A stretch of DNA of 64,000 nucleotides from Phycisphaerae bacterium (GTDB lineage Bacteria > Planctomycetota > Phycisphaerae > UBA1845): NCBI GenBank assembly GCA_963666835.2, contig CAXXGO010000007.1:40511-104510 (forward strand), read 5' to 3'. Each line of letters starts with the position of its first letter. The stretch's first letter is position 1. Positions 29,356 to 39,495 of this stretch are shown here, piece by piece. A program made the position numbers and the translations under genes. The notes under the pieces are model-generated. The model was not told where the DNA came from. It made no database searches and saw only the letters and a program-made list of their open reading frames with translations.

Positions 29356-30543
29356 ATGAAGAAGGACAGAATGGTAGCGCAGATTGGCTTGGATAGCCAC
29401 AGGAAGTTCAGCTCGGTGACGGCACGGGGAGAAGACAACAGGATTGTATGGCGGCAGCGTCTCGAGCACTGGAATCGGGACGAGGTACGGGAACGCCTGC
29501 AGTCTTGGCCGGTTGGGACTCCCGTGATTCTCGAGGGGACGTTCGGGTGGGGCTGGTTGGCGGACGAGTTGACCGCGGCGGGGTTGGATCCGCACTTGGC
29601 ATCGAGTCGGAAAGTGGCTGGCTGGCGGGAGGTTCGGGGAATCGCGAAGTCCAACCGGACGGATGCAGATCTGTTGTCGGAGCTGTGGTCGGAGAAGTCG
29701 CGGTGGTGGGAGGTCTGGCTGGCGCCGCGGGCGGTTCGGGACGAGCGAGAACGGATGCGGTACCGAATGAGCTTGGTGCAGATGCAGACGCGGCTCAAGA
29801 ATCAGATTCACGCCATCCTGCATCGGCACGGGATCTTGCATGAGTTTTCCGACCTTTTCGGCCGGGCCGGCCGGCGTATGTTGGATGGTCTGGTAACGCC
29901 GAAGGATGAGACGCTTCGAGCCAGCGCGAAGGCTGCGTTGAAGGGGTATCTGCAATTGCTCGATCATGTGCGTCGCCAGATTGCACGGGTCACGCGAGAA
30001 ATTCGCCGGGAGCTCAAGAAGGATCCAAACGGCGAACGCTTGCGTACGATCCCGGGGATTGACGTGGTTTTGGCGTATACGATTCTGGCGGAGATCGGAC
30101 GAATCAGCCGATTCCCAAACCGGAAACACTTGGCTTCGTACGCCTTGTTGGCTCCGCGCGCGGACGACAGCGGTGATGAGGACGATGAGACACCCAAGGG
30201 GCGGCATGTGGGACGGATCGGTCGCCGTACGCTGAAATGGGCGTTTATCGAGGCCGCCCGCGGCGCAGTACGGAAGGATAAGCGTTTTCGGGAGATCTTT
30301 GACCGACGCACAGACGGGGGGAAGAAGGACCGCAATCGCGGCTACATCACCGTGGCTCACGATTTGACGCGTGTGGTACACGTGATGTGGAAAAAGGAGA
30401 TCGACTACATGGACGATCCGCCGGATCGTCCACGGACAGCATCAAAGAAACGCCGTCCGGCAAGAACGGCAAGGAAGCGACTTCGAAAGAAATCTCGTCC
30501 GGGAACGGGCCAGCCCGAGGACCCTATGGTCGTTGCTGTCTGA
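29356..30543 (+). CDS. IS110-family transposase/bridge recombinase
   Basis: IGLDSH, ILEGT and KSNRTDA (RuvC-like domain); LRTIPGI...LAEIG...RF and APRADDSG (Tnp domain with catalytic Ser). Confidence 0.93.
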   Translation: MKKDRMVAQIGLDSHRKFSSVTARGEDNRIVWRQRLEHWNRDEVRERLQSWPVGTPVILEGTFGWGWLADELTAAGLDPHLASSRKVAGWREVRGIAKSNRTDADLLSELWSEKSRWWEVWLAPRAVRDERERMRYRMSLVQMQTRLKNQIHAILHRHGILHEFSDLFGRAGRRMLDGLVTPKDETLRASAKAALKGYLQLLDHVRRQIARVTREIRRELKKDPNGERLRTIPGIDVVLAYTILAEIGRISRFPNRKHLASYALLAPRADDSGDEDDETPKGRHVGRIGRRTLKWAFIEAARGAVRKDKRFREIFDRRTDGGKKDRNRGYITVAHDLTRVVHVMWKKEIDYMDDPPDRPRTASKKRRPARTARKRLRKKSRPGTGQPEDPMVVAV

Positions 30544-30700
30544 GAAGACGGCTCCAGGCCTCGTAGTAAATGGGCCGCCCGTACCGGACGAGATCATGCG
30601 ACCCCGCGCCCGGTGTCCCATGGTGGCATCGGATCGACATCATGTTGTTATGTCGGCAGGCAAGCGGTAGCGCGAATGGATAGATGGACCGATCGAGAGA
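30492..30700 (+). ncRNA. Predicted bridge/seek RNA of the IS1111-type element (ends approximate)
   Basis: 11-bp stem 30492-30502/30584-30594 encloses an internal loop whose left strand GAGGACCCTA matches the flanking target; downstream TCATGCGA and ATGGATA match the two IS ends. Confidence 0.75.
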
Positions 30701-31151
30701 TCTAGTCCGAACCGGTACACGGACGAGACAGATACGAGAAAGACACTGGGAAACGCCCGCGGGGTCGGGCTTTCCCGCCTACGGCGGAACTGGGGGCGCT
30801 GCCCCCAGACCCCCGGAGTTTATCGCTTTGGACCAAGAGCAGACTGCAGAACATATGATAAGAGGCGTCCACCAGCTACGATGGACGCCCCTGCCCTTGA
30901 CCAGGTCGTCAAGAGTCTGCCCTCGGGTCTTGCGGGCGCTCGGGTCGCACTCCTGCGTTGCCCTACCCTCTCGCAAGACAACGCCAGGATAATCGGATTG
31001 ACCCCAATCGAACAGCCCCGTTGCCTGCCGAATCAGCAAGCAGCCGGGCCGAATGGGAATGTTTTATACTTGACCGGGACATGCCTTTCATGGATAGGGT
31101 CCGCTGTGCGGACCATCTGTCTTTGACCGTTTCGCTGCTCGAGAATGCACA

Positions 31152-31676
31152 GTGCTCGCCAACCTGCTGGACAATACGGTAGTGCAGATCCTTGGAATGG
31201 CGGTAATCGCCTGTTTCATTGGGGATCTTGGCTGCGGTCTGATGTCGAGGCATTTGTTCGCAACCGAGTTCACGCACTTCGAAGGCGCGCAGGAGAGGCG
31301 AGACGCAGTGGAGCGTGCCAAGCGCGCGCCGCGCAGGCGACTGTGGTGGCGGTTACTGCGGCGATGCTTGGTCATTGTTCCGGCTGCTCTGGTCGCGTAC
31401 GAAGTCGCTCAACTGATAGGCCGGACTGTCTCCATTCCGGATCGATATCTGGAAGTCGTTTGCATGGGCGTGGTTTTTGGGGCAACGGCTTGGGGCGAGC
31501 TGTGGGTTGCGGCAAGGCGGATCCGCCTCAACCTCCGCCGACGGCTCAACGACCAGGGGGCAGTGGTTTGCATGCGCTGCGGCTACGACCTGCGTGGGCA
31601 GGTTGAGCGCCGTTGCCCGGAGTGTGGGGAGCCCTTTGAGTGCCCGGGGGAAGACGGGTCGGGTCAAGATCGATGA
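31152..31676 (+). CDS. Membrane protein with C-terminal zinc ribbon
   Basis: About three hydrophobic helices, then CMRCGYDLRG...RCPECG. Confidence 0.7.
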   Translation: MLANLLDNTVVQILGMAVIACFIGDLGCGLMSRHLFATEFTHFEGAQERRDAVERAKRAPRRRLWWRLLRRCLVIVPAALVAYEVAQLIGRTVSIPDRYLEVVCMGVVFGATAWGELWVAARRIRLNLRRRLNDQGAVVCMRCGYDLRGQVERRCPECGEPFECPGEDGSGQDR

Positions 31677-32139
31677 GCGCCATTGAGCCGCGCAAAACAG
31701 CGATCGCATGAACGTGCCGGGGAGGTGTTCGTCTCCCACCCGCTTCGGGACGGAGAACACGTTCGATGTCTCTGCTATCCACGAGTCGCGCTGCGCTCCA
31801 CTCGTGGCTACGTGCCTGCGCCCCTATCGGGGCGAAGAAGACATTTGATGTGCCTGCTACCGAGGCCCTGGGTCGAAGAGAACCGGCGTCGGCGTACCCA
31901 GGGTAGCAGCTGCGCGGCGACTCTGGGCTGTAGGCGCAACGCCGGCGTTGGCCGGGCAAGGTGGAGGCCTACGCTACGGTTGTCGGGCGAAAGGCCTTCG
32001 GCGTTTGCGGCGGATCTGACTGGCACTAATCTGTGAGCTGCCAACTGGGCTGAAGGGCGAGGCGTCTTCGGCGTTGCGGGCGGGCAGGGTAGAGGCCTGC
32101 GATACTGTTGCCGGGCGCAACGCCGGTGTTGCGGGGCGG

Positions 32140-33240
32140 TCAGACCGGGGAGAACTCGAGCCGTTCGGCCGGGGCGGGACGGGTTGAGCCGAGGGCGTCG
32201 GTGCGGGCGAGGGAACGGGCGGTTGGGGCGTCGCTCTTGAAGTTGACGGCCCGGGCGCAGATGTACAACGGGCGGTGCTTTGTCTCGGTGTACGTCTGGC
32301 CGATATACTCACCGAGCACGGCCAGAACGGCAAACTCCATCGCGTGCAGAGCGAGCATAGCCACGACCAGCGAGGCCCAGCCGCTTACGACGAATCCGAA
32401 GGCCAAGTAGCGATAGACGATAAAGCCGACCCCGATCAGGCACATCGCAATCGTCATGCCGGAGAAGATAGCCGCCACCCGCAACGGGGCCGTAGAAAAC
32501 GCCGTCAGTCCGGTCAATCCGAGCGTAACGAGGTGCGTAATGGAATATTTGGTCTCGCCATGCCGGCGGGGGTCCATTTCGACCTCGATCTCAGCACTTC
32601 GAAACCCGGTCCACGGAATCAGGTAGGCCATATACCGGTTTCGTTCCGGCAGTTCCCGGAGCGACTCGGCCACCTTCGCGCTGAACAGGCGCAAGCACGC
32701 CCGCTCGGGCGGTACATCGAGCTTGGCCAGACGGTTCAGGAAGCGGAGATAGGCATTACTCAGCACGGCGCGCAGGCGGCTCTGCCGTCTTTGGCGACGA
32801 CGGGCATAGACGACATCGAAGCCCTCGCGGTGTTTGTCGATCAGGCGGGGAATGTCTTCCGGGCGTTCCTGTAGATCGGCGTCCATCCAAACGACCATTT
32901 GCCCGCGGGCGGAGTCAATCCCGGCCGTGGCGGCGATGTGCTGTCCGAAGTTCCGGCTCAGCACGAGCACTTTGATCCGTTCATCCCGACCGGCCGCTTC
33001 TTCCAGATAGGCAACCCCGTCGTCCGTGCTGCCGTCATCGATGAACAGCAACTCATAGGACAAACCGGTGGGATCCAGCGTCCCGCGAAGCCGTTCCAGC
33101 AGCTCGGGCAGGCATTCCCGCTCGTTGCAGAACGGCAGGATCACGCTCAGCTCGCACTGCGGGTCCATGGTGTTTCGCGTGGGTTCATCCGGCCGGGTGT
33201 TTCGGTTGGTCATAACGGTTGCCGACAGTTCGAAATCCAT
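32140..33240 (-). CDS. GT2 glycosyltransferase (GtrB/ArnC-like)
   Basis: IDDGSTD, LSRNFGQ and MDADLQ motifs; two C-terminal transmembrane helices; start may be ~33168. Confidence 0.9.
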   Translation of the reverse strand: MDFELSATVMTNRNTRPDEPTRNTMDPQCELSVILPFCNERECLPELLERLRGTLDPTGLSYELLFIDDGSTDDGVAYLEEAAGRDERIKVLVLSRNFGQHIAATAGIDSARGQMVVWMDADLQERPEDIPRLIDKHREGFDVVYARRRQRRQSRLRAVLSNAYLRFLNRLAKLDVPPERACLRLFSAKVAESLRELPERNRYMAYLIPWTGFRSAEIEVEMDPRRHGETKYSITHLVTLGLTGLTAFSTAPLRVAAIFSGMTIAMCLIGVGFIVYRYLAFGFVVSGWASLVVAMLALHAMEFAVLAVLGEYIGQTYTETKHRPLYICARAVNFKSDAPTARSLARTDALGSTRPAPAERLEFSPV

Positions 33241-33277
33241 TCCGTCATTCGCCTCGGGGGCCGACCCGTCAGATCGG

Positions 33278-34306
33278 TCAATGCAAAACCACGTGTCCGT
33301 CGGTCATGGCGATCGGCACGTGTTTCATCCACTCCTGCTTACGCCACCAGGCTTCGTGACGGTGATACCAATCGATGGTGCGGGCCAGACCCGTTCGCAA
33401 GTCGGTCTTGGCGCGCCAGCCGAGCAGCCGTTCGGCCCGGTCGGTCGAGCTGATATGCAGGTCGACCTGTCCGGGGCGGTTGGCGATATACTCGACGCGC
33501 GACTCTGTACCGCCCATCAACTCGCTGATTTCCTGGAACACGGTAAGGATGTCGGCGGCGACGCCGGTGCCCAGGTTGATCACTTCGCCGAGCAGATCAT
33601 CGAGCGGTACCTCGAGCGCGGCCAGCAGGGCTTCGCAGGTATCAGAAACATAGCACCAATCGCGAGCCGCGGAGCCATCGCCGTGGATCGTGATAGGTTC
33701 GCCGTCGAGGGCGCTGGTCACGAATCGCGGGATGCACTTTTCGAGATGCTGATACGGGCCGTACTGATTGAACGGCCGGATGATAATCGCCGGGATGTCG
33801 TACGTCCGCCAATACGAATACACCAGGCGGTCCGCCCCGCATTTGGCGGCGGCATACGGGGTCAGCGGCATCAGCGGATGGTCTTCGGTCATGGGCTCGG
33901 ATAGCGCGGTGCCGTACACTTCCGAGGTGGAAATGTGGATGAACCGCTTGATCCGCCGCCGGTGACGAAGAACCTGGTCCGCGATGACGCGCGTGCCGAT
34001 CACATCCGTTTCGAAGAAAACAACATTGTCGTATATGCTGCGGGCTACGTGCGACTCGGCTGCGAAATGGACGACGGTGTCCACCTTGTCCATCAGATCA
34101 CCGACCAGGCTGGCGTTGCAGACGTTGCCATACCAGAAGTTGAAGCGAGGGTCTTCCCGAACGTGCGACGGGAGGTTATCAGGGTTGCCCGCGTACGTTA
34201 GCGCGTCCAGGACGTGTACGTCCACATGGGGGTGCCGCTTCATGAACGCGCGTACGAAGTTGGACCCGATGAACCCGGCCCCACCTGTTATCAGAATCGA
34301 TTCCAT
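33278..34306 (-). CDS. dTDP-glucose 4,6-dehydratase-like NAD-dependent epimerase/dehydratase
   Basis: TGGAGFIGSNF, DALTYAGN, HFAAESHV and YAAAK motifs. Confidence 0.9.
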   Translation of the reverse strand: MESILITGGAGFIGSNFVRAFMKRHPHVDVHVLDALTYAGNPDNLPSHVREDPRFNFWYGNVCNASLVGDLMDKVDTVVHFAAESHVARSIYDNVVFFETDVIGTRVIADQVLRHRRRIKRFIHISTSEVYGTALSEPMTEDHPLMPLTPYAAAKCGADRLVYSYWRTYDIPAIIIRPFNQYGPYQHLEKCIPRFVTSALDGEPITIHGDGSAARDWCYVSDTCEALLAALEVPLDDLLGEVINLGTGVAADILTVFQEISELMGGTESRVEYIANRPGQVDLHISSTDRAERLLGWRAKTDLRTGLARTIDWYHRHEAWWRKQEWMKHVPIAMTDGHVVLH

Positions 34307-34606
34307 TAGCCGCCTCGCGTAGCGAAGTTGTTGGTTTACGAACGCATCTCGTCACCCGCTCGGTAACGGGGGCTCGGCGCGTAGCTGCGCTGCCGGGGTT
34401 ATCGGCCGATAGGGTAGTCGCCTGAACTTACGGGATTGTGCGTAACGCGCCGGCGCCGGGCGCCCCGGCCGGGGATGCGCAATTAAAGCCCCGCGCGCAA
34501 CCGGACGAAGCGACTATCGGACTATAGTTGGACTCGGGGTAGTGGTGCGCGGATCGGTCAGCGACCCGGGTACGGGTACTCTGAGCGTTCGCCGGAGCAA
34601 CCTTAG

Positions 34607-35992
34607 ATGCCGTCGTTTCTTGTGGAACGCCTACCGCTGACCCCGACCGACCGTCGGGGGCGGATCGAGCTGCATCACGTAGTGATCGCGGTCGTGATTG
34701 TGGTCACTGTAGCGATGTATGCGCACATGATCTTGCGGTACGGGCAGGCGGTCGCCGTGGCCGACGGACACATGTACTACGCCCACGCTCATTCGTGGTA
34801 TTTCGACGGCGACTGCGATTACGCGAACAACCTCGAAAGCAATATCGAGCTTGAAGCCCGAAGTTTCTACATGCGGGAGCGATCGGGCTCCGGGCGGGTG
34901 CTCAACATGTTCCCGTGCGGCTGGTCGGTGTTGGCGATGCCGTTCGTAGCGCTGGCTGATGTTCTGACCATCTTGCACAACGCCGTTTTCGCCACGGACT
35001 TCGCCCGCGACGGCTACACGATCTACTATCGGGTCGTGGTACCTATCGGCCATGTGCTGGTCGGGCTGGCCGGGCTGCTGGCGGCGTACGCGCTGGTCAG
35101 TCGGTACTTTTCCAAGACGACGGCTGCCGTTGCAATGGCACTGACGTGGCTGGGAACGAATGTCGGCTACTTCATCGGGGTCGAGCCGACCATGAGCCAT
35201 GCGGCCAGCTTGGGCTTTGTCAGCCTGATGATCTTCACCGCCGAGGGTATCCACCGCGCAGGCTGGTCGCTCGGGCGAGCGCTGGGGTTGGGGGTATGCT
35301 GCGGAATGATGATGGCGATGCGGCACCAGAACATCGCCTGGATGTTCGTTCCGGCGGTCCTGCTGGGAATCCCCCTGATACGGGCGCTGTTTCGGCGGGA
35401 GCCGGGGTCCTGGCGACAGCTTGGGGCGACCGTTATCGCCGCCCTGACCGCGTGCGTATGCCTGCTCCCGCAGGTCGCGGTCAATCAGGCGACTTTCGGC
35501 AGCGTATTCAGCGGAATGACCAAGTACACTCCGTTCTGGTTCAATCCCGAGCCGTATCGCGACCTGTTTGAGTTTCCCACCGGCTTGGTCGTGCTCTATC
35601 CGTTGGCGGGACTCAGTTTGATCGGGCTGGTCGGCCTGGTTTGGCGTTGCCGTCGAAACCCGCTCATCCGGGCGGTCGCTGTCGGGTTCATGGCCTTCGC
35701 GTATATCAGCTTCTGTGCCCACTCGGGCACGTCGCGTAAGTACGCCTGCTGTGCGGTGGTGTTCATTTTCGGGCTGGCGGCCGTGTTGCACTGGGCTCGG
35801 ACCGCGCGGTGGCGTGGGGTCTTGGTGGGGGCAACGGTAAGCGCGCTGTGCGTGAAGAACGTCATGATGATCTTCCTGGCCGACCGCGGCTTCGTCAGCC
35901 GGTACATCTTCACCGCCGCCCCGCACGACCCACCGGAGATGATGCACGGACTCGCCCGCTACGTCGCCCAGTTCATCTCGAGCCTTACTTAG
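34607..35992 (+). CDS. Multi-pass membrane protein, possible GT-C glycosyltransferase
   Basis: About 10-12 hydrophobic segments; DGHMYY N-terminal loop; located in a glycan cluster. Confidence 0.7.
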   Translation: MPSFLVERLPLTPTDRRGRIELHHVVIAVVIVVTVAMYAHMILRYGQAVAVADGHMYYAHAHSWYFDGDCDYANNLESNIELEARSFYMRERSGSGRVLNMFPCGWSVLAMPFVALADVLTILHNAVFATDFARDGYTIYYRVVVPIGHVLVGLAGLLAAYALVSRYFSKTTAAVAMALTWLGTNVGYFIGVEPTMSHAASLGFVSLMIFTAEGIHRAGWSLGRALGLGVCCGMMMAMRHQNIAWMFVPAVLLGIPLIRALFRREPGSWRQLGATVIAALTACVCLLPQVAVNQATFGSVFSGMTKYTPFWFNPEPYRDLFEFPTGLVVLYPLAGLSLIGLVGLVWRCRRNPLIRAVAVGFMAFAYISFCAHSGTSRKYACCAVVFIFGLAAVLHWARTARWRGVLVGATVSALCVKNVMMIFLADRGFVSRYIFTAAPHDPPEMMHGLARYVAQFISSLT

Positions 35993-36054
35993 GCGGTGAA
36001 CAGTCGATATGCCCCCGCCCCGCTGATTGGCGCGAGATGACACCACGCGGCATC

Positions 36055-37059
36055 TCAGCGGAGTCGGACGCGTTGCGGGCGGTCGCGCCCGCACCACAGA
36101 CCAATGCCCTGTACGACGTATCCGGCCAACCGGGCGTGGTAGTAGGCCAACAAGACCGGAAAAGTAATCAAGACCTCTCCCACCGTCTTGCGCTTGCGGA
36201 GAAACTCGTTGTAGAGAATCGCCGCCAGGAAGAAGCCGGCACTCAACGCCGAAATCGCCCACCCGAACGGATGCCAGATACCCGGCACAAGCGCGATATA
36301 TGCCAACAGCAACGGGGTCAATTCGATTCGCGGTCGAAGGCCGTATTTGTAGCCTAACCGCGCCGCGGACCGGCCGCCGCGATACGCCTGCCTGAAGAAC
36401 GTCCGCCCCGTATAGTGGTGTTCGTGATAGACGATCGCGTCCGGAACGACGTGTTGCTCGTGCCCGGCCGCCCGCAGCATAAGGAACAACCCCTCTTCAT
36501 CCCCCCGCCCGGATACGTTCTGGTCGGCGCTGGGAGCGGCGCGGTCTTCGTCGAGCGTATGTTTCAACAGGAGTTCACGGCGGACGCACATGTTGCCGGC
36601 AACGAGCCGCGTCGCGTGGGTCCGACCATGGACACGGTGGCTGCCCTTGAACGTCAGCTCGAAGATGTTCTTCGGCGGCGGATCATCCACGCGCCCGGTA
36701 ACCGCGGCGACCCGCGGCGAGACAAAGCCGGCCAGCAGGCGTTCCAGCCATTCGGGCTCGGCAATGCAGTCGTTATCGAGAAAAGCCACAAACGCGCCGC
36801 GGCTTGTGTGGATACCTCGGTTTCGGCTCGGATTCGCACCCAAATGGACGTCGTTGCGCAGCCAGCGAAAGTCGAGCCCGGGATGGTTCTCGGCGAAATC
36901 GGCCAGAAACTGCGGGCTGTCATCGGTGGAGCAGTCGTCCACCACGATAACCTCGAACGAAGGGTGAGTCTGGCGGGCCAGCGCTTCCAGGCAGCGGCTC
37001 AGTATCTCGCGCCGATTGCGATTGGGGACGATTACGGAAACCTGGGGCTGTTCCGGCAT
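36055..37059 (-). CDS. GT2 glycosyltransferase
   Basis: VSVIVPNRN, VDDCSTD, SRNRG and FLDNDC motifs. Confidence 0.9.
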   Translation of the reverse strand: MPEQPQVSVIVPNRNRREILSRCLEALARQTHPSFEVIVVDDCSTDDSPQFLADFAENHPGLDFRWLRNDVHLGANPSRNRGIHTSRGAFVAFLDNDCIAEPEWLERLLAGFVSPRVAAVTGRVDDPPPKNIFELTFKGSHRVHGRTHATRLVAGNMCVRRELLLKHTLDEDRAAPSADQNVSGRGDEEGLFLMLRAAGHEQHVVPDAIVYHEHHYTGRTFFRQAYRGGRSAARLGYKYGLRPRIELTPLLLAYIALVPGIWHPFGWAISALSAGFFLAAILYNEFLRKRKTVGEVLITFPVLLAYYHARLAGYVVQGIGLWCGRDRPQRVRLR

Positions 37060-37071
37060 CAGAGCGTGGCC

Positions 37072-38346
37072 TCATTCTTGCGGGCCGACCGAAGGACCGG
37101 CGGCGGTTTCATCCGACCCGGCCGCCCTTCGCGAGCGGCACACGGTAAACAACCCGAGTGCCACAAACACGACACTATGAACGATTAGCAGCACGCGGAT
37201 GATCGCAGCAGGCGAGTCGTGCCATCGGTATAGAGCTGCCGCCTGGATTAACAGCCCCGGGACGTAAACATACAGGAACGCGAACCGGTTTGTTGCCGCC
37301 CCGGCTAAGGCGATCATGTGCGAGAGGTATCCGATCAGGCGAACCCCGGCCAGGCCGAAAAGCAGGGTGGAACCCGCGGCGTATTCCTCGTCAAAAAGAA
37401 CCACCATGATCCGCTGTGGCCAAAGCAGAAAGAGCAGCATCGGCCCGGCCGCGAGCAGTAGGAAGTACGCGCATATTCGCGCGAAGGTCCCGAACAGAAC
37501 CTGCCCCTTAGCATGCATCGTGGTCAGCAGGGGGAGCATCAGCGTAGTGAACGGGGTGACGAGCGTTCCCAACGCCCGCGCCAGGACGAAGGCCGCCCCG
37601 TATACCCCGGCGTGCTCGGGAAGAAAGTAGTGTTTGACACAGAGCATATCGATGTTCTGATACGCAGCCGAGGTAAACATCAGAATGAACATCGGGCCCG
37701 TGAACCGACGAATCGCGCTGCCGTCCAGCGGTATGGCCTCGTGCCCGCGCCAGGTCCGGCGCAATTGGACTGTGGCGACTCCGAGCGTTACGAGCAGACC
37801 GGCTAAGTAGGCGGTCAGCCCGGAAGTGGCCCCCCAGATAACTCGCAGAAGAACGACACCCACCACCAGCCGAACGGCGCTTTCGGTGATAATGTTGACG
37901 TTGTACTGCCCGAAATCCTGGGTTCCCCGCAGCACCCCGCGGGCAACGGCGACCAGCAGAGTCAGATAGACCATGCCGAACGCAACGACCAAAGGCCAGA
38001 CACTGTCGAACTGCAGAAAGGTCGCCACCGGTTTGACCAGCACCGCCCCGCCGGCCAATCCCAGCAGCCCATAGACGCCCACCCGGCGAGCCACTTCTCG
38101 CGCCAGGGTGCGGATCTTCCCGGGCTGCCCTGCTCCGATGTACTCGGCGCTGAACCGGGCAACCGTACCGTTGATAGGGCCCAGTGCTACCTGGCACCAG
38201 AAGACCAGTGACACTACGGTGGCAAAGACTGAGTACTCGGCGCTGCCTAACTCGCGACCGGCGTAGACCGAATACGCCAAGCCCAGCACGGCCGTAACGC
38301 CGGTACCGAAGATTAGTATCGCGCTATTTCTGGTCTCGGCTCGCAT
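37072..38346 (-). CDS. Oligosaccharide flippase (Wzx/MATE-like)
   Basis: About 12 transmembrane segments; GVLRGTQDF, NIDML, AGVYGAA. Confidence 0.85.
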   Translation of the reverse strand: MRAETRNSAILIFGTGVTAVLGLAYSVYAGRELGSAEYSVFATVVSLVFWCQVALGPINGTVARFSAEYIGAGQPGKIRTLAREVARRVGVYGLLGLAGGAVLVKPVATFLQFDSVWPLVVAFGMVYLTLLVAVARGVLRGTQDFGQYNVNIITESAVRLVVGVVLLRVIWGATSGLTAYLAGLLVTLGVATVQLRRTWRGHEAIPLDGSAIRRFTGPMFILMFTSAAYQNIDMLCVKHYFLPEHAGVYGAAFVLARALGTLVTPFTTLMLPLLTTMHAKGQVLFGTFARICAYFLLLAAGPMLLFLLWPQRIMVVLFDEEYAAGSTLLFGLAGVRLIGYLSHMIALAGAATNRFAFLYVYVPGLLIQAAALYRWHDSPAAIIRVLLIVHSVVFVALGLFTVCRSRRAAGSDETAAGPSVGPQE

Positions 38347-39370
38347 CCGCTTTTTTGCCAACCTGCCCGGTTGAGCGGGCGGAACCACTTCCACCGCCCC
38401 GCCGCCCGGTAATAAGGAACATCAACACCGCAGCGGTCATGCCCGCCCCACGCCAAAACGCCCGGACCACACTCATAATCGCAAAACCCGCGTAGGCCGG
38501 ACGACGCGTCCGCCGCACGATCTTCCAGGTCATCGGCATCTGGAAAACCAGAAGCAATAACAACATGATGGCCGGCAGCCACCACGTCGCCGGCCACAAC
38601 AATAGCGGAAGCGCCGCCAGCGTCAGCATGGCCAGCGGAGGTTGCAGGTGATCGGTCAAACCGCTGTAGGAATCTCCGGCCGCATGACCTCGGTGCTTCA
38701 GGTATAACCAGACCCGCCAGTAGCCCTGTTGGCTTTGCGTTTGCAGATAGGCCGGCCAGGACACGGGATGGTAGTGCTTCACGCGCGAGCCGATGTCGAA
38801 AGCCAGTTCGTGCCCGGCTTCCAGCACCCGCCAAGACAGTTCGGCGTCCTGCCCCTTAAGGAAGCGCTCGTCGAAGCCCCCCACCTCTTCCAAGGCGGAT
38901 CTACGATAGACTACGTTGAAGGTGGCCAGGAAGTTCACCCGTGAGCCCATGCTCTGGTGACGTTGCACAATCTCTTCGTGAATCAGGCAAGCCAGCAACG
39001 AGTGCCCGGTCATTATGCCGTAGCTGCCGCCCACCCCGGCGACCTTCGGGTCATCCAGGTGAGGCAGCAACCGGGACAGGGCGTCCGGCTCCGCTACGCA
39101 GTCCGAGTCTACGAACCACACCAGCGGCGTGCGGGCCGCGCGCCAGCCGAGGTTCCGCGCAGCTCCGGCGCCTCGACCTTCGCCCCGGATGTACGTGATC
39201 GGAAACTCGCGGGCGACTTGCGGGGTGTCGTCGGTCGAACCGTCATCGACGAAGATGATCTCGCGCAAACGGAAATCACTGAGCATCGGCACCACGGCTG
39301 CCAGGCACTCGCGCAGGGTAGCCGCACAGTTGCGACCGGGGATAACCAGACTGACGCCGTCGATGCTCAT
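38324..39370 (-). CDS. GT2 glycosyltransferase
   Basis: VDDGSTD, AARNLG, FVDSDC and GGFDERF motifs. Confidence 0.9.
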   Translation of the reverse strand: MSIDGVSLVIPGRNCAATLRECLAAVVPMLSDFRLREIIFVDDGSTDDTPQVAREFPITYIRGEGRGAGAARNLGWRAARTPLVWFVDSDCVAEPDALSRLLPHLDDPKVAGVGGSYGIMTGHSLLACLIHEEIVQRHQSMGSRVNFLATFNVVYRRSALEEVGGFDERFLKGQDAELSWRVLEAGHELAFDIGSRVKHYHPVSWPAYLQTQSQQGYWRVWLYLKHRGHAAGDSYSGLTDHLQPPLAMLTLAALPLLLWPATWWLPAIMLLLLLVFQMPMTWKIVRRTRRPAYAGFAIMSVVRAFWRGAGMTAAVLMFLITGRRGGGSGSARSTGQVGKKADASRDQK

Positions 39371-39495
39371 ATCGCCTGGAGTGTAGCTGAGCCGGTCCGA
39401 AAGCCCAACTCGGCGAGGAAGAAGGGTGACTTTCCAGGAAGAGAACGCCACGATGATCTTCCAGCCATCCGAAGAACCGTTCTTTTTCCGGCCTA

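Larger units (their letters stand above)
29278..31096 (+). mobile_element. IS110-family element with IS1111-type organisation
   Basis: Sub-terminal IR CATGAAAGGC (29284-29293) / GCCTTTCATG (31083-31092); TA core at 29278-29279 and 31095-31096; long right non-coding end. Confidence 0.9.
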
